Source: Eledone cirrhosa
Lineage: Eukaryota
DNA: 64,000 nucleotides
Assembly: GCA_964016885.1 (NCBI GenBank)
Contig: OZ024740.1
Location: 408,456,001 to 408,520,000 of the forward strand
Reading direction: 5' to 3'
A program made the translations under genes and the position numbers. The notes beneath the pieces were generated by a model. It had not been told where the DNA came from. It saw only the letters and a list, made by a program, of their open reading frames with translations, and searched no databases. Below are positions 51,816 through 64,000 of the stretch, piece after piece; the stretch's first letter is position 1, and each line of letters opens with the position of its first letter.

Positions 51816-52044
51816 TGGGGCCAACGTACCGTCCCCCCTCTCCTCTGCACGCTACTGGTTCTGGTCCATTTATAGCCACTTCTCAACCTGAGTAATACCG
51901 AGTTTTATGCTTGTATATAAATAAAGGGTCACGAATGACAATGCGATTTACACCCTAGAAAGTTTCCCCTCTGAAGCACAAGGTGTTTCAGTGGGAGACC
52001 AACAGTTGCCCATACCAGTCTCCTCTCTCTCCACGCCACCGATG

Positions 52045-52172
52045 TTGTCGCAACGTTTTTCTCCAGTTGAGTGAACTGGAGCAACGTGAAATGAAGTGTC
52101 TTGCTCAAGAACACAACACATCACCATTATGATTGTAAATCCGACGCTCTAACCACTAAGTCACACGTTTTC
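52045..52172 (-). mobile_element. Head and core fragment of a family-B-like SINE
   Basis: Contains GTGAAATGAAGTGTCTTGCTCAAG..GCTCTAACCACTAAG. Confidence 0.7.
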
Positions 52173-53308
52173 ACATTATATATATTTATATATTTATTTA
52201 TATATATGTAATATATGATATGTATAATATATATATATGATAGATAGATATATTATATATGTGTGTGTGTGCGCACATAAACACACTAATGTACGTTTAT
52301 GTAAGACACATATGTTATGCCTATGCATAAAACGCTAAAATTACTGTCTCACAATTTGTGTTAGACCTCGCTTAAATGGAGAATTTTGGAAGAGGGGGGG
52401 TATTGTTTTCAAGGTTGTGGAGGTTTATATTAGCAGCCCAGTTCCATAAGTAACCAAAACAAGATACCATTCCAGCCCAGAGCAATTTCTTTACCCCCCT
52501 CTCAGATACACTGGAGCCTGAATAGTTTGTAGGATATAGCTGACGCATGCTATAATGATTGTCTGAATAGTGAAGACGATATCTCGATGACATCCCCAAC
52601 ATTTTTAACTCTGACATACATAGTCACACGTAGACATATTAACACATACATATACATACATACACATGCAATCCCATAGCCACATATGTACATACTTCTA
52701 TACATAAATGCAAGTGTATGTGTGTATTCATACATGCATTATTAGAGTCATATATATAGACACACACATACATACCTACATACATACATACATACATACA
52801 GACATACATACATATATGCATGCATACAGGCATACATACATACATGCATACATACATGTATGCATGCATACACACACACACACACATATGCCTATATTAA
52901 AACATATGAACTTACACATACGTAAACACATGTAACGCCTCTCTGTCTCTCAAACACACACGCACAAACTCACACACTTTCTCTCGTTCTATTTAAAAGA
53001 AACAGATTCTGTCTACATTTCTGCCTTCAAGCACTTTTCCCTCTTCAATTAAGTAGATAGATGTGTCTGCGTTATGTAGACACGTAACCCGATGTGGAGT
53101 CGTAAGGAGGCCGTAATGGCCCCTGCATTTGGGGGGGCATCTTAAACCTGCGAGACTTTACATATTTTAATTTCTTTCTTTTCTAGGTCGTGAAATAATT
53201 CTAACATTGGCATAAAGCCAGTAATTTAGTTGAGGGGGAAAGGAAAAGTCAATCATATCGACCCAGTACCTTTTTCTTCTTGTGATGCTAAACTCCGCCA
53301 GGTGCAGA

Positions 53309-53660
53309 CTACGCATCAACATGTGATATCTCTTTCCACAAAGTTCGATCACCAGCAGCAGAGTTCAAAGAGCAAAGATCATGTCCAGTCCATAAGTTGA
53401 CATTGTCAAGCCATCCTTTTAGCACCTGGCCTCTGCTTCTCTTACCAGCCAACCTTTCTTCCAGGCATAACCTACTCACACCACAGGTTGATCTTTTTAT
53501 ATGGCCGTATAATTTGAGTACTCTTGACTTGACAATTGATGTAATTGGTCTAAGTTTGGTAATGTTGAGCAGCTCACTGATACAAATACGGGCGCTGAGC
53601 CGCTTGCCAGTCATAAGTCGCATGATGTGGTTCTGGAATGTAGAGAGCTTCTGAAGTGAC
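53309..53660 (-). mobile_element. RTE-like LINE C-terminal fragment inside a family A-like SINE
   Basis: Peptide VKSRVLKLYGHIKR..GKRSRGQ..W.DNV..DR.LWK; SINE halves at ~53190-53300 and ~53690-53820. Confidence 0.7.
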
Positions 53661-53889
53661 CTTGTCGTCCGTTAACACAGTCAAGACCATATAACACAAC
53701 TGAGACGTTATTTTATCGACTCCGATGGGATGAAAGCCAAAGATAACCGCGGCGGGATTTGAAGGGGCGTAACTAAATACCGTAAAGCATTTCGTCCGAC
53801 GCTCTGTTGATACACTTATCCAACGCACATAAGAAATGAAATAATAAATTGATATATATATATATATATGGTAATCTTTGTGTTTTTGT

Positions 53890-54548
53890 TGTACACCAGA
53901 GTTAAGGCGGCTTGGCAGTGCTCTCCGGTAGCACTGACGGTTCGAGATAAACTCTACAGGCACAGAAGTACTGTCAAACGGACCTGTCTGAGGTGCACGA
54001 AGAGCAGCGAAGCCGTTCTGCACGCACTCGTCCAGTGTCCATGCATTACTGACTTGTGGAGTTATGTCAAACAGCTGTTATCACGTGTTTTCCTCTGTCT
54101 CGTGGCCGTAGCAAAATAGGTTATGTGGTGGACCAGGTTGAAAGGAGGACTGAAGACAGACACTTTTCTCTTCGTCCAATCCCTTATCAACTTTTCTAAG
54201 TTTCACTTGAAAAGTGAGGGTGGAGAGAGAAGTACTGCTCCCCCCACCCCAAGTACATTTGCTAAAAGGTAAGTGCAAATGGGCCTACTCTAAGCATGCG
54301 CCTGTAGGCTGGTTGATTTGAAGAGGAGTGGGGTGCCCTTCCCGGGTGCTCACGAAGCGAGGGGTGGTTCAGGATTGGTGAGGTACCTGAGTTGTCCCTG
54401 GATGGTTCTCCTCGCTATTTGGGAATTCTCTTGTATTTTTATTGTAATTGTATTTACTTTTTTATTCTCTTTTTTTTGTAAACCCTCACTGCCCCTGTCT
54501 TTTTGTATTGTCCCCTATATGTAGGCTCTTGTGGCTAATAAAGAAAGA
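53890..54548 (+). mobile_element. 3' end of an L1/Tx1-like LINE (zf-RVT remnant)
   Basis: Peptide AWQ..ALTVRDKL..TCLRC..EAVLHALVQCP..LWSYV; T-rich 3' UTR ending AATAAAGAAAG. Confidence 0.7.
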
Positions 54549-54562
54549 ATCATTATTATTAT

Positions 54563-54742
54563 TTGGCAGTGTCGGTAGAGGGTCGGACGCCATGCTTTGA
54601 CGCATAGAGTTACGGCCCTTGCCATTCTGAGTTCAAATCCCACCGAGGTTAACTTTGCCTTTCATCCTTACGGGGTCGATAAAATAAAGTACCAGTAATG
54701 TACTGGGTAATTGCTGGCCTTGTGCCAATAGTAGAAACAATT
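54563..54742 (+). mobile_element. SINE family A
   Basis: Family consensus. Confidence 0.88.
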
Positions 54743-54752
54743 ATTATTACTA

Positions 54753-55182
54753 CTAGCAGAAAAACCACCCTTCAGGAGGTTTTCTGCTAGCATGTGTAGT
54801 GTGTATATTGATATTATACACAAATCTATTTACTCTGTTACACTGTCTTCTGTAATCAGTAATGTAATCCATGATACATTTAAAAAAAGACGATATTATA
54901 TATAAACTGCATTAGGAGAAAATTAGCGACGGAAATATATGCGATTATAAGTGTTATAATATAACGGCCGCTAACCGGAAGTGTTGACATTTGACAATTT
55001 TAAAGAAGTGAATCTTTAAATAAGCTATAAAATATATTTAATCAACAGCCACGAAATTTAGTAGATAAATTATGTAATATTCATTCATTATTTATTCAAA
55101 TTAATCCAACTTATTTTACAAACGGGGTAAAAAATTATATTCTGGATGCAGTCCCGCACTCCTTACTTTATTATAGTTAAGA
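54753..55182 (-). mobile_element. Non-autonomous Helitron, copy 2 (same termini as 49190-49667)
   Basis: Shares ~100 bp of 5' end and the CTAGCAGAAAAACCACCCTTC terminus with copy 1; its interior is inverted relative to copy 1. Confidence 0.82.
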
Positions 55183-55188
55183 TTATAA

Positions 55189-55740
55189 TGGCGGTGGATT
55201 GGCAGTATCGGTAGGGGGTCGATGCCATGCTTTGCAGCATAGAGTTACGGCTCTTTACGGTCTGAGTTCAAATCCTGCCGAGATTAGCTTTGCCTTTCAT
55301 CCTTACGGAGTCGATAAAATAAAGTACCAGTAATGCACTGGGATAATTGCTGGCCTTTTGCCAAAAGTAGAAACAATTATTATTACTATTATTGGCGGTG
55401 GATTGGCAGTATCGGTCGAGCGTTGGGTACAATGCTTTACGGCATAGAGTTGCGGCCCTTTGCGTACTGAGTTCAAATCCTGCCAAAGTTAGCTTTGCCT
55501 TTCATCCTTACGCGGCCGATAAATAAAGCACCAGTCACATACTGGGGTCGATTTAATCGACTTTCCTCTTCCCCATAATTGCTGGCCTTGTGCCTAAAGG
55601 GTCGTACACCATGCTTTGATGCATTCTGAGTTCAAATCCTGCCGAAGTTAACTTTGCCTTTCATCCTTACGGGGTCAATAAAATAAAGTACCAGTAAGGC
55701 ACAGGGCAATTGCTGGCCTTGTGCCAAAAGTAGAAACAAT
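55189..55740 (+). mobile_element. Three tandem family A SINEs
   Basis: Copies at ~55189-55378, ~55394-55598 and ~55599-55740. Confidence 0.85.
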
Positions 55741-55921
55741 TGTTATATTTACCTAGTTATGAGTTTGAGGAAAATCCTTCTACTGAAACAACTATAAGAA
55801 TTAAACTATGTAAAATCTTATTTCTATCATCTTAATTTGTTTTTATATACTCTGTGTTAAGATTGCAGCCTTACTTCTAACCTTTAAAAGTCTACTCACT
55901 ATATTTCTACCTGTATAAACA

Positions 55922-56582
55922 CTTCTTCTTCTTGAGAAGGTCATTGGGGTAGAGTCCTCAAACACTCCGCCCAACGGCTCCTGTCAGAAGTAACCATCTC
56001 CAGGTTATCTGGCTGGATACCCTAAGCTAGACCAGCTAAGTTCATAGATGTTATCCAACCATCTTGCAAGGAGTCTACCCCTGGGATTATTGCGGGTTGG
56101 ATTTGCTTGTAAAATATTTCCAGCGATTCTTTCCTGAAACATTCTAACTATATGCCCATAGTATCAGAGCTGTGATCTCTTAATTCGGAGAATTAGTGGC
56201 TTTACTTAAAGTGACTTTCTTATCCCCAAACTATGCACACTATTGAGTAGCGTTACTCCAGAGACTCTTCATTTTGGCCGCTTGTATTTGCGATCGTATT
56301 CTTTCAGTTATTACCCAAGATTCATGACCATAAGTAATGGTTGGCCCGAACATTGAATTAAAGATAGCAAGTTTGGCTTTTACACCTATCTCCCTTTTTC
56401 TGATGACTAAATGTTGAAGCTGGTTCATTACTGCACCAGCTCCTGCAATGTTTGTAATTAATTCAGCCTCCTGCCTTCCATGACTCGTGAACACGACACC
56501 GAGATACTTGAACTTCTTTACCTGTGTCAGTGGAACTCCATTCACATGTACTGAGCAATGCGCAGACATCCTTATACAGGTG
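55922..56582 (-). mobile_element. RTE-type LINE 3' fragment with (GAA)n tail
   Basis: Peptide VKKFKYLGVVF..AKLAIFNS.F.PTITYGHESWVITERIRSQIQAA.M. Confidence 0.85.
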
Positions 56583-56929
56583 TGGAGGGGGGCTTTTTAT
56601 TACTATAAACACGTTGAGCTTAAATCTTCTGAATCGCAATTTCTCTCCTAATAACTACATTTTTTCTTATATATTTTTTCTTATATATTTTTTTCTTTTA
56701 TATTTTTTTAAATACAAATGAAAGAATATATATATGAAAGAATATATATATACATGTGTATATATATATATATGGAAGAATATATATACATGTGTGTATA
56801 TATATGAAAGAATATATATGCATGTGTGTATATATATATGTATCATCATCATCATCATCATCATCATCATTTTACGTCTGATTTTTTAAAATACACATGA
56901 AAGAATATATATGCGTGTATATATATATG

Positions 56930-57143
56930 TATCATTATCATCATCATTTTACGTCCGCTTTCCCCCGCTTGCAAGGGTGGGACGGGTCCTATTCAGCACA
57001 GCATCTTTCCACTTCGTCATCTCCTCCATGAGCTTCGACGATCTGAGGTCTGCTCTCACCACCTCCGCCCATGTTTTTCGTGGTCTTCCTCTACTGCGTC
57101 TTCCTTCTACTGGGATTTCTTGGCACTTCTTTACCCAGCAGTC
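56930..57143 (-). mobile_element. RTE LINE 3' end (same family as 3800-4081)
   Basis: Peptide WVKKCQEIPVEGRRSRGRPRKTWAEVVRADL..; (TGA)n tail. Confidence 0.85.
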
Positions 57144-57284
57144 ATATATGTGTGTGTGTGTTGTATTTGTGTATAAATCTACAGATGCCCGTGTGCCTGT
57201 ATCCATTTGATACAACCATGTAGTTACTTTCTACCTGTATTATTCATGCCCTTTACCGTTCAGCTTTGTAATAGTGTTATTGCT

Positions 57285-58728
57285 AATATGATGAAAAATA
57301 TCCCTCTACCGGACAGAAAAACGTATTCGAAATTACTAATTAGCAGTGCCAGAAATCTTACACTAAAGGATCACAAACCTAACTTCCAAGACAACCCTTC
57401 TATTAAACTAATTAGTCCTTCCACCTCAGATATTGGCAGAATTAGTAAACATATCCTTGATAAAATAATACCTAGATTAAAGAATAAAATGAATCTTGTG
57501 CTTTAGGGAAATACCGATGAAATTATTAAGTGGTTTACCAATATTAAGAATTAAAATAATTTGAAGTTTATGAAGTTTGATATTGACAATTATTATTCCT
57601 TTATATCTCCTATACATTTAAATAAGGCTTTGATTTTTGCTATGAAATTTACTAATCTTAGTAGAAATGAAGTAGATATAATTATCGCTGCCAGACGTAC
57701 AATTGTTGAGTTCGACGACTCCCTTGACCGGTCAACTAATTTTTATATAAGGATAGAATCAAGTGACTCAGCACAAGTTACTGATCTAGCTGGAGTATTT
57801 TCATTGCATAAAATCACCAGCCATACATGGCGGATTATACAAAGATGATACTCTGTTCAGTCTTAAGAATTTTAATCAGTGTAGGCTAGAAAAGAAAAAC
57901 CTTTTACAAAAATGATGGCCTTAGCATCACAATTGACTTAAACTATAAGATTGTTAATTTTCTGGGTGTTACTTTAGAAATGAACACTGGTTTATACCAT
58001 CCCAATCACAAACCAGGAAAACATCTCTGCTATGTGCATAGTTTGGCTAATCATCCTCGACCAGTGATTGCTTCCTTTGTTAATGGTATATCCTCTAGAA
58101 TCGGCCAATGAGAATATTTTAACCGCAGCGCATTGTTTTATAATGAAGCTTTACCTAGATTTGGTTATAAGGAGAAAGTATATTATATCCTTATTAATAA
58201 CTGCTATAAACCTCATAATCATTTAAGTATGTTTACTAGTAACTCTAAAAATAAAAATAGGAATGGATTTAATAGGGTTATGAACCAAAAAGATATTTGT
58301 AAATCTCTAAAATCTCACAATAACAATAAAATAGCCATTAATACTGGAATTGAGAACCCTAGGAAAATTAAAGGAGATAATGGTTTGCTTCCATATGCTA
58401 AATCCTTTACACAATCAGATCCTAATAATGTTAAACCTAGGAAAATTGAAAGGGATAATGGTCTGCTTCTTCACCGTCAATCTTTTTCACACTCGGAACC
58501 TAATAATGTTAGACTTAGGAAAATTCCTACCCCCAATCTCTAATAAAGCTAAACAATCTTATAACATCTCACATATAGCGAATAATAAACCCGACACAGT
58601 AGAAACGTTAGATATACATAACAGAAAACCTATAGTTCATCTAGACCTCCGCATTACACTGATAACAAACCACACAATAAACATAAAAATCGCTAAATGA
58701 CCTGGTTTAATCCTTCATTCAGAATAAA
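57285..58728 (+). mobile_element. Degenerate Penelope-like element reverse transcriptase
   Basis: Peptide pieces TLKDHKPNFQDNPSIKLISPSTSDIGRISK.ILDKI, NT.EIIKWF, FMKFDIDNYY..I, SSDSAQVTDLAG, GGLYKDD, VNFLGVTL, YV...ANHP and WFNPSF are typical of PLE RTs. Many stops; interrupted at the 3' side by a SINE. Confidence 0.82.
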
Positions 58729-58729
58729 C

Positions 58730-59335
58730 AGTTTACTCAGCTGTAGAAATGAGATGATAGGACTGGAGTCCATATCATTCCACTGCAAAGTGGTCGTGGA
58801 GGTGCCATGGCAAAAAAGCACCCAGCCCACACTGTAAAGTGGACGTGTAAAAAAGCACCCAGCACTCACTGTAAATGAGGTTGGTGTTAGGAAGGGCATC
58901 CAGCTGTAGAAATCAAGCCAGAATCAGTTCCCGTCCCACCCTTGCAAGCAAGGAAAATCATCATCATCATCATCATCATCAGGTTTAGCGTCCGTGTTCC
59001 ACGCTTGCATGGGTTTGGACGGGGGTTTTCCCACTTGAGGCAAGAGTGGTTGTCTTGCTCGCATAGGACTGTCTGGCGGGTTTTCTACAGCTGGATGCCC
59101 TTCCTAACACCAACCACATTTACAGTGTGGGGCTGGGAGGTTTTTACCGTGTTGCCTACACGGCCACATTACAGCGTGGACTGTCTGGCGGGTTTTCTAC
59201 AGCTGGATGCCCTTCCTAACACCAACCACATTTACAGTGTGGGGCTGGGAGGTTTTTACCGTGTTGCCTACATGGCCACATTTACAGCGTGGACTGTGTG
59301 TTTTTTTGTCGTGACACCTACACGATCTCATTTGT
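58730..59335. mobile_element. Tail-to-tail SINE-B (+) and SINE-B-related (-) copies
   Basis: 58730-58955 (+) and 58958-59335 (-); the latter has a ~110-bp internal duplication. Confidence 0.8.
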
Positions 59336-59465
59336 TTCGGCCTGGATGTTGTGGGACCAACATAACTTTACATTGAAAGGGGCGGTGTGGATGGGGTGGA
59401 GGTGGTGGGACGGGGGGGGGGTTGATAGAGATGCCTACTGACTGTAGTAGGTTTTTACTTTGTAT

Positions 59466-60702
59466 TTAGGTAAGGCGGGTCTTCTCTATTACTGAGTACC
59501 GCCAAAGGTCTCGGTCCAGTGACATTGTCTTGGAGAGGTGTAAGCGTGTGAGGTCGGAATTTATCATGTCGTGCCAGGTTTTTCTGGGTCTGCCTACTCC
59601 GTGGCTACCGTCTATCTTTATTGCCCTGCACTTTGTTATACAGCTGTCGTCTTTCATGCGCATCACATGACCGTACCAATGTAGCCTTCTCTCGAGTAAA
59701 CAACATCTGATCCCTCTTATTTCTAATTTTTTCCTTAGTTCGTTTATGCTTTGCCGTTCACGTATATTACTATTACACATCCAGCGGAGAATGCAAGCTT
59801 CGTTCCTCTCTAGACTGCGTATATCCTCTGCACACAATGCCCAGGTCTCACTGCCATGCAGCATTGCTGTTCGTATGCAGGCATCGTATAACCTGCCTTT
59901 CATTTTTAGGGAGAACCCTTTAGCGGCTAATAGTGGTATAAGCTCTCTGAACTTTTTCCATCCAGTTCTGACTCTAGCTACTGTACTTTCAGAGCACCCT
60001 CCCCCACTGCTGATTTTGTCACCCAGGTAACGGAAGCTGTCCACTATTTCTATAGAACCCTCTGCGCAATTGAAAGAGCTAGTATTTTGTGGGCACTTGC
60101 TGCTACTTATTGCACCAGAGCACCGGCCACATGTAAAATCTATGTTCTTAGTTAGCTTACCTGTGATCCCACTACATCTTTTATGCACCCATACTTTGCA
60201 TTGGGGACATAAAATGGAGTTTCTACCTACGCCTTTCCTACACACTGAGCATGGCCATTTCCCAGAAGGGACCGGCGCCCTATTTTCTTTCCTACAAACT
60301 AGAACTTTAGTCTTAGCCAGGTTAATTTTAAGGCCTTTTGATTCTAAGCCGTGCTTCCATGTTTGGAATTTCTTCTCTAGCTCGGTCATTGATTCAGCTA
60401 TAAGCGTTAGATCATCTGCGTATAGGAGCTCCCATGGGCAGCCGGTCTTGAACTCCTCTGTTATAGCCTGAAGGGCAATAATAAATAGTAGGGGGCTAAG
60501 AACAGAGCCCTGATGGACACCAACTTTTACGCTAAACTCTTCACTATATTCGTTGTTAATTCTAACCTTGCTGACTGTTTCTTTATACATGGCTTGTATA
60601 GCTCTCACAAGCCATTCGTCAACACCTAGTTTTCTAAGAGCCCACCAGATAATGGAACGGGGGACTCTGTCGAAGGCTTTCTCCAAGTCAACAAAAGCTG
60701 TA
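59466..60702 (-). mobile_element. RTE-clade LINE, RT through C-terminus in one open frame
   Basis: Peptide FVDLEKAFDRVPR..GVHQGSVLSPLLF..LLYADDL, a PHD-like Cys cluster CSVC..C.QC.VWVHKRC..C.RC, then FRYLG and WYGHVMRM..GRPRKTW. The 5' side is cut at an (ATC)n junction. Confidence 0.95.
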
Positions 60703-60982
60703 AAATGATGATGATGATGATATGTGTGTTGACACGCATGAGTTTCTCCACCCTTTGATGGGTTTCGCTTTTCGTCCCACAGGATGTCCAATAATCACCC
60801 TCCTCACCAATCAAGCTTGGTGGGGTTGCTGGTTTGGTCACCAATGACTCCAAATTCTTGATTATTTCAAAAATCTTGGGCAGATTTTTTTTTTATTAAA
60901 AATATGGAAGGGCTAAACTAGGATAAATATAAATAGTATTTACCTCAAGACCACAGATAGACTAATATACTTAACACTTAAG

Positions 60983-61252
60983 CATCATCATCATCATCAT
61001 CATCACCGTTTTATGTCTACTCTTCCACGCTAGCATGGGTTAGATGGGTTGTCTTGTTGTGAGCAATGCCAGGTCGGGTGACCATGTCTTGCCCATAGGA
61101 GAACTGATTTTGGCTTGATTTCTACAGTTGGATGCCCTTCCTAACACCAACCTCATTTACAGTGGGTACTGGGTGCTTTTTTGCTGTGGCGCCTAAATGG
61201 CCTCTTTACAGTGGGTACTGGGTGCTTTTTTACTGTGGCACCTACACGACCC
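60983..61252 (-). mobile_element. SINE-B-related 3' portion
   Basis: (CAT)n tail and GGATGCCCTTCCTAACACCAACC motif. Confidence 0.78.
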
Positions 61253-62051
61253 CTTGATTAGGTTGTCATGTGGGGGAAGGCACCTAAATAAATCAGTTTA
61301 CATTCATAATTACTCATCTCAGAATTTCAGACAAAATTTAACAAAAGAATTATACATATATTTTTTTATTATTTTCTGTTCAAATAGAATATAATTCAAA
61401 TATACCATTAAGTTTTTTAGAGAAAATTATAAATTTTTGAAATGTTTAAAAAAATCTTTTTTTATTTCAAATTCAATATTCAACAGAAATATAACCCGTA
61501 ACATAAAATGTAAAGAAAGGGAAAGACAGAAAGAAAAAAAATGTTAAGAAAGAAAGAAAAAAGATGAATAGAAAGGAAGAAAGAAAGAAAAAAACAGATG
61601 GAAAACAGAAACAAACAGAGTAGAAGGAAAAGTGGGAGAAAAGATTCACATGTGTTATATAAGATAAATTCATACATTCTTGTAAAATTTGATAGTGTAT
61701 AACTGAGTATATCCTTTATAAACTTATATATATATACACATATACACATATATATACACACATATATACACTATATACATACATATATATTTATATATAT
61801 TCATACACATATATACACATAAATTCATACATATATATTTATATATATATACATACATATATATTTATATATATTCATACACATATATACACATAAATAT
61901 ACATATATGTATGCATACGTACATATATACATATATATATGTATGCATATATATATACATACATATGTGTATGAATATATACATATTTATAAACATATAT
62001 ATATGCATGCATATATATATATGTATGCATCTATACATATATATATGGATG

Positions 62052-62082
<31 letters not shown>

Positions 62083-62270
62083 GGAAAAGAATGAAACGAA
62101 ATTTCATTTCTCACTCTTAGTACGGCTGATACTTAAATGTAAGTATGTATGTATACGTACATACATATATGTATACAGGTGTACAGTAGTATATGTATAC
62201 AGATGTACAATATATATACATTCTACTGTACGTCTGTATACATATATGTATGTACGTATACATACATACT

Positions 62271-62323
<53 letters not shown>

Positions 62324-62442
62324 CGAAGGAATTGTGGTAAGGAACCAGATGGACCATAATGCACCAGAAAACTCAATACAAGGGGTAGTAGAGTGGGAGC
62401 CGTCGAAACGGCTTGAGCTCTGCCGTCGGGGTCATACTTTTT

Positions 62443-62497
<55 letters not shown>

Positions 62498-62787
62498 CCT
62501 GAATGTATGCTAATAAACACTAAAGAAAGAGCCCTCAATATGTAATCATAGAAATAGATATACTATATTGTATAAAATATATGGCAAAATGGTGTATCCC
62601 TTCTAAGAGTTTCTTGAAATTGTTTTTACTTCATTCTTCAGCCTTCAGAAAGTCACTGCAAGTGATACTTCAGAAAAATCCCCTCTGAAAAATCATCCCT
62701 CAGGATGCATGTAAGAAATGTATATACACACTCACACACATGCCACATTCATACACAAGCATGTACATATATATATATAAACACACA

Positions 62788-64000
62788 CAAGGTGTAACAT
62801 TTAAATTGGGAGAAGTTTCAAATGGGTATATTTCTAATTGTATAGATTTTGTTGGAGTCTAAATTTTAAATAGTATCACCTTGAATAATCACTTATACTA
62901 TTTTTTACTTTAGATTGAACAAATTATGAATGTTAATATAGAATTAAACCGTAGAAGTGCAAATGCTGAATTATTCAATGCCGGCAAAAGTGCTGGAGAG
63001 ATTGTTTAGAGCCACAAAGTATGCCAAATCTACTGTTTTTAGAGTTGTAGCCAATTTAAAGAAAAGTCAGGATGGTCAGAGAAAGCCTCACAGTCCTTGC
63101 AGCGACCAAAAATGCACACCTCGCTTCATAGCAGGACTTAGAAGATTGATTGAATCAAACCTATGAAAATTGATGGCTAATTTGGCTCAAGATCGAGGAA
63201 TAAGTAAATTGATCGTTTCAAGGGCTGTGAGACAAGACCTCCGTATGAAACTGTATGTGAAGAGACACAGTAACATCCTAACTACCTGCTCCAAAGTCAT
63301 TCAAGCTGAAAGAAGTCCCAAATTTCTTAGTCATCTGAAATATCTGTGCAGAGACATCCGCATCTTCATGGATGAAAAGAAGTTCGTCGTAGATGAAGTT
63401 GCAAACCATCTAAACTCATGAGTGATAGTGTACGACACTTCTCAAGTTCCTTCAGCTATGCATAGCAAGAATCCGGCTTCCATTATGATCTTTGGAGATG
63501 TTGCAAGGAATAAGATAAGAAATTAATGCCTGCTCATTTACTGAAGCTGGTCTCAAAATTAACACAGCAGAGTAACTCAAAATATTAGTTTTCTTGCCTT
63601 AGATTAGGAAGCATTATGATGTTGAGTCATATTTGTACAGGACTCTGTGCCTGACCATTCTTTGAAAAGAGTGCAAGAATTTTTGAAGAAGGAATTGCCT
63701 GTGTTTGTCCCTAAAGATATCTAGCCCTCTAGCTTGCCAGATTTGAATCCGTGTGATTTTTGGCTATGGGCGCAATTGAAGCAATATCCAACACAACTTT
63801 GTCTCTTCACTGAAGTCTTAAATCAAGTGAGATTTGGTAAAATGAAAAAGGAAGAAATAGTTAAGGCATGCTCATCATTTCGTAAACAGATTGAACTGGT
63901 AAAGAAAGTAAATGGTGGTCACATTAAACTAAAATAAGTGCTCAACACTCCACAATAAATTGGTATAAACATAAAATTTGCAGTGTTTGATTTTTCTGAG
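62788..64000 (+). mobile_element. Decayed Tc1/mariner-superfamily transposon
   Basis: Peptide pieces HTH-like, FMDEKKF, IMIFG, QDS.P.H and PDLNPCDFWLW, with stops and frameshifts. The right end runs off the window. Confidence 0.88.

Overview
Repeat-dense, AT-rich animal genomic DNA, not a prokaryotic window. The SINE repertoire, (AT)n/(CAT)n load and RTE content suggest an octopod cephalopod (inference). The only host gene supported is the 3' half of a FAM20B-type glycosaminoglycan xylose kinase on the + strand: 4 exons at 1757-1925, 11402-11590, 16630-16689 and 22048-22291, with GT/AG boundaries and consistent phases. The rest is mobile DNA and tandem repeats: two abundant tRNA-derived SINE families; RTE, R4-like, Tx1-like and Penelope-like retroelement fragments; piggyBac, hAT/Buster and Tc1/mariner elements; three Helitrons; a non-coding LTR element; a truncated Gypsy element; and three minisatellites. 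The most interesting signals are non-coding. (1) Four minimal type-I hammerhead ribozyme motifs from three sequence families; one family sits in a ~316-nt retrozyme-like tandem/inverted unit, and two motifs lie in sense orientation just upstream of FAM20B acceptors. (2) A tRNA-like cloverleaf spanning the loop of a ~110-bp fold-back. (3) A non-coding LTR element with an array of primer-binding-site-like motifs. (4) Two sister Helitrons with an inverted interior, one carrying an exact inverted copy of 74 bp of nearby flank. All coordinates were read by eye and no database searches were run.
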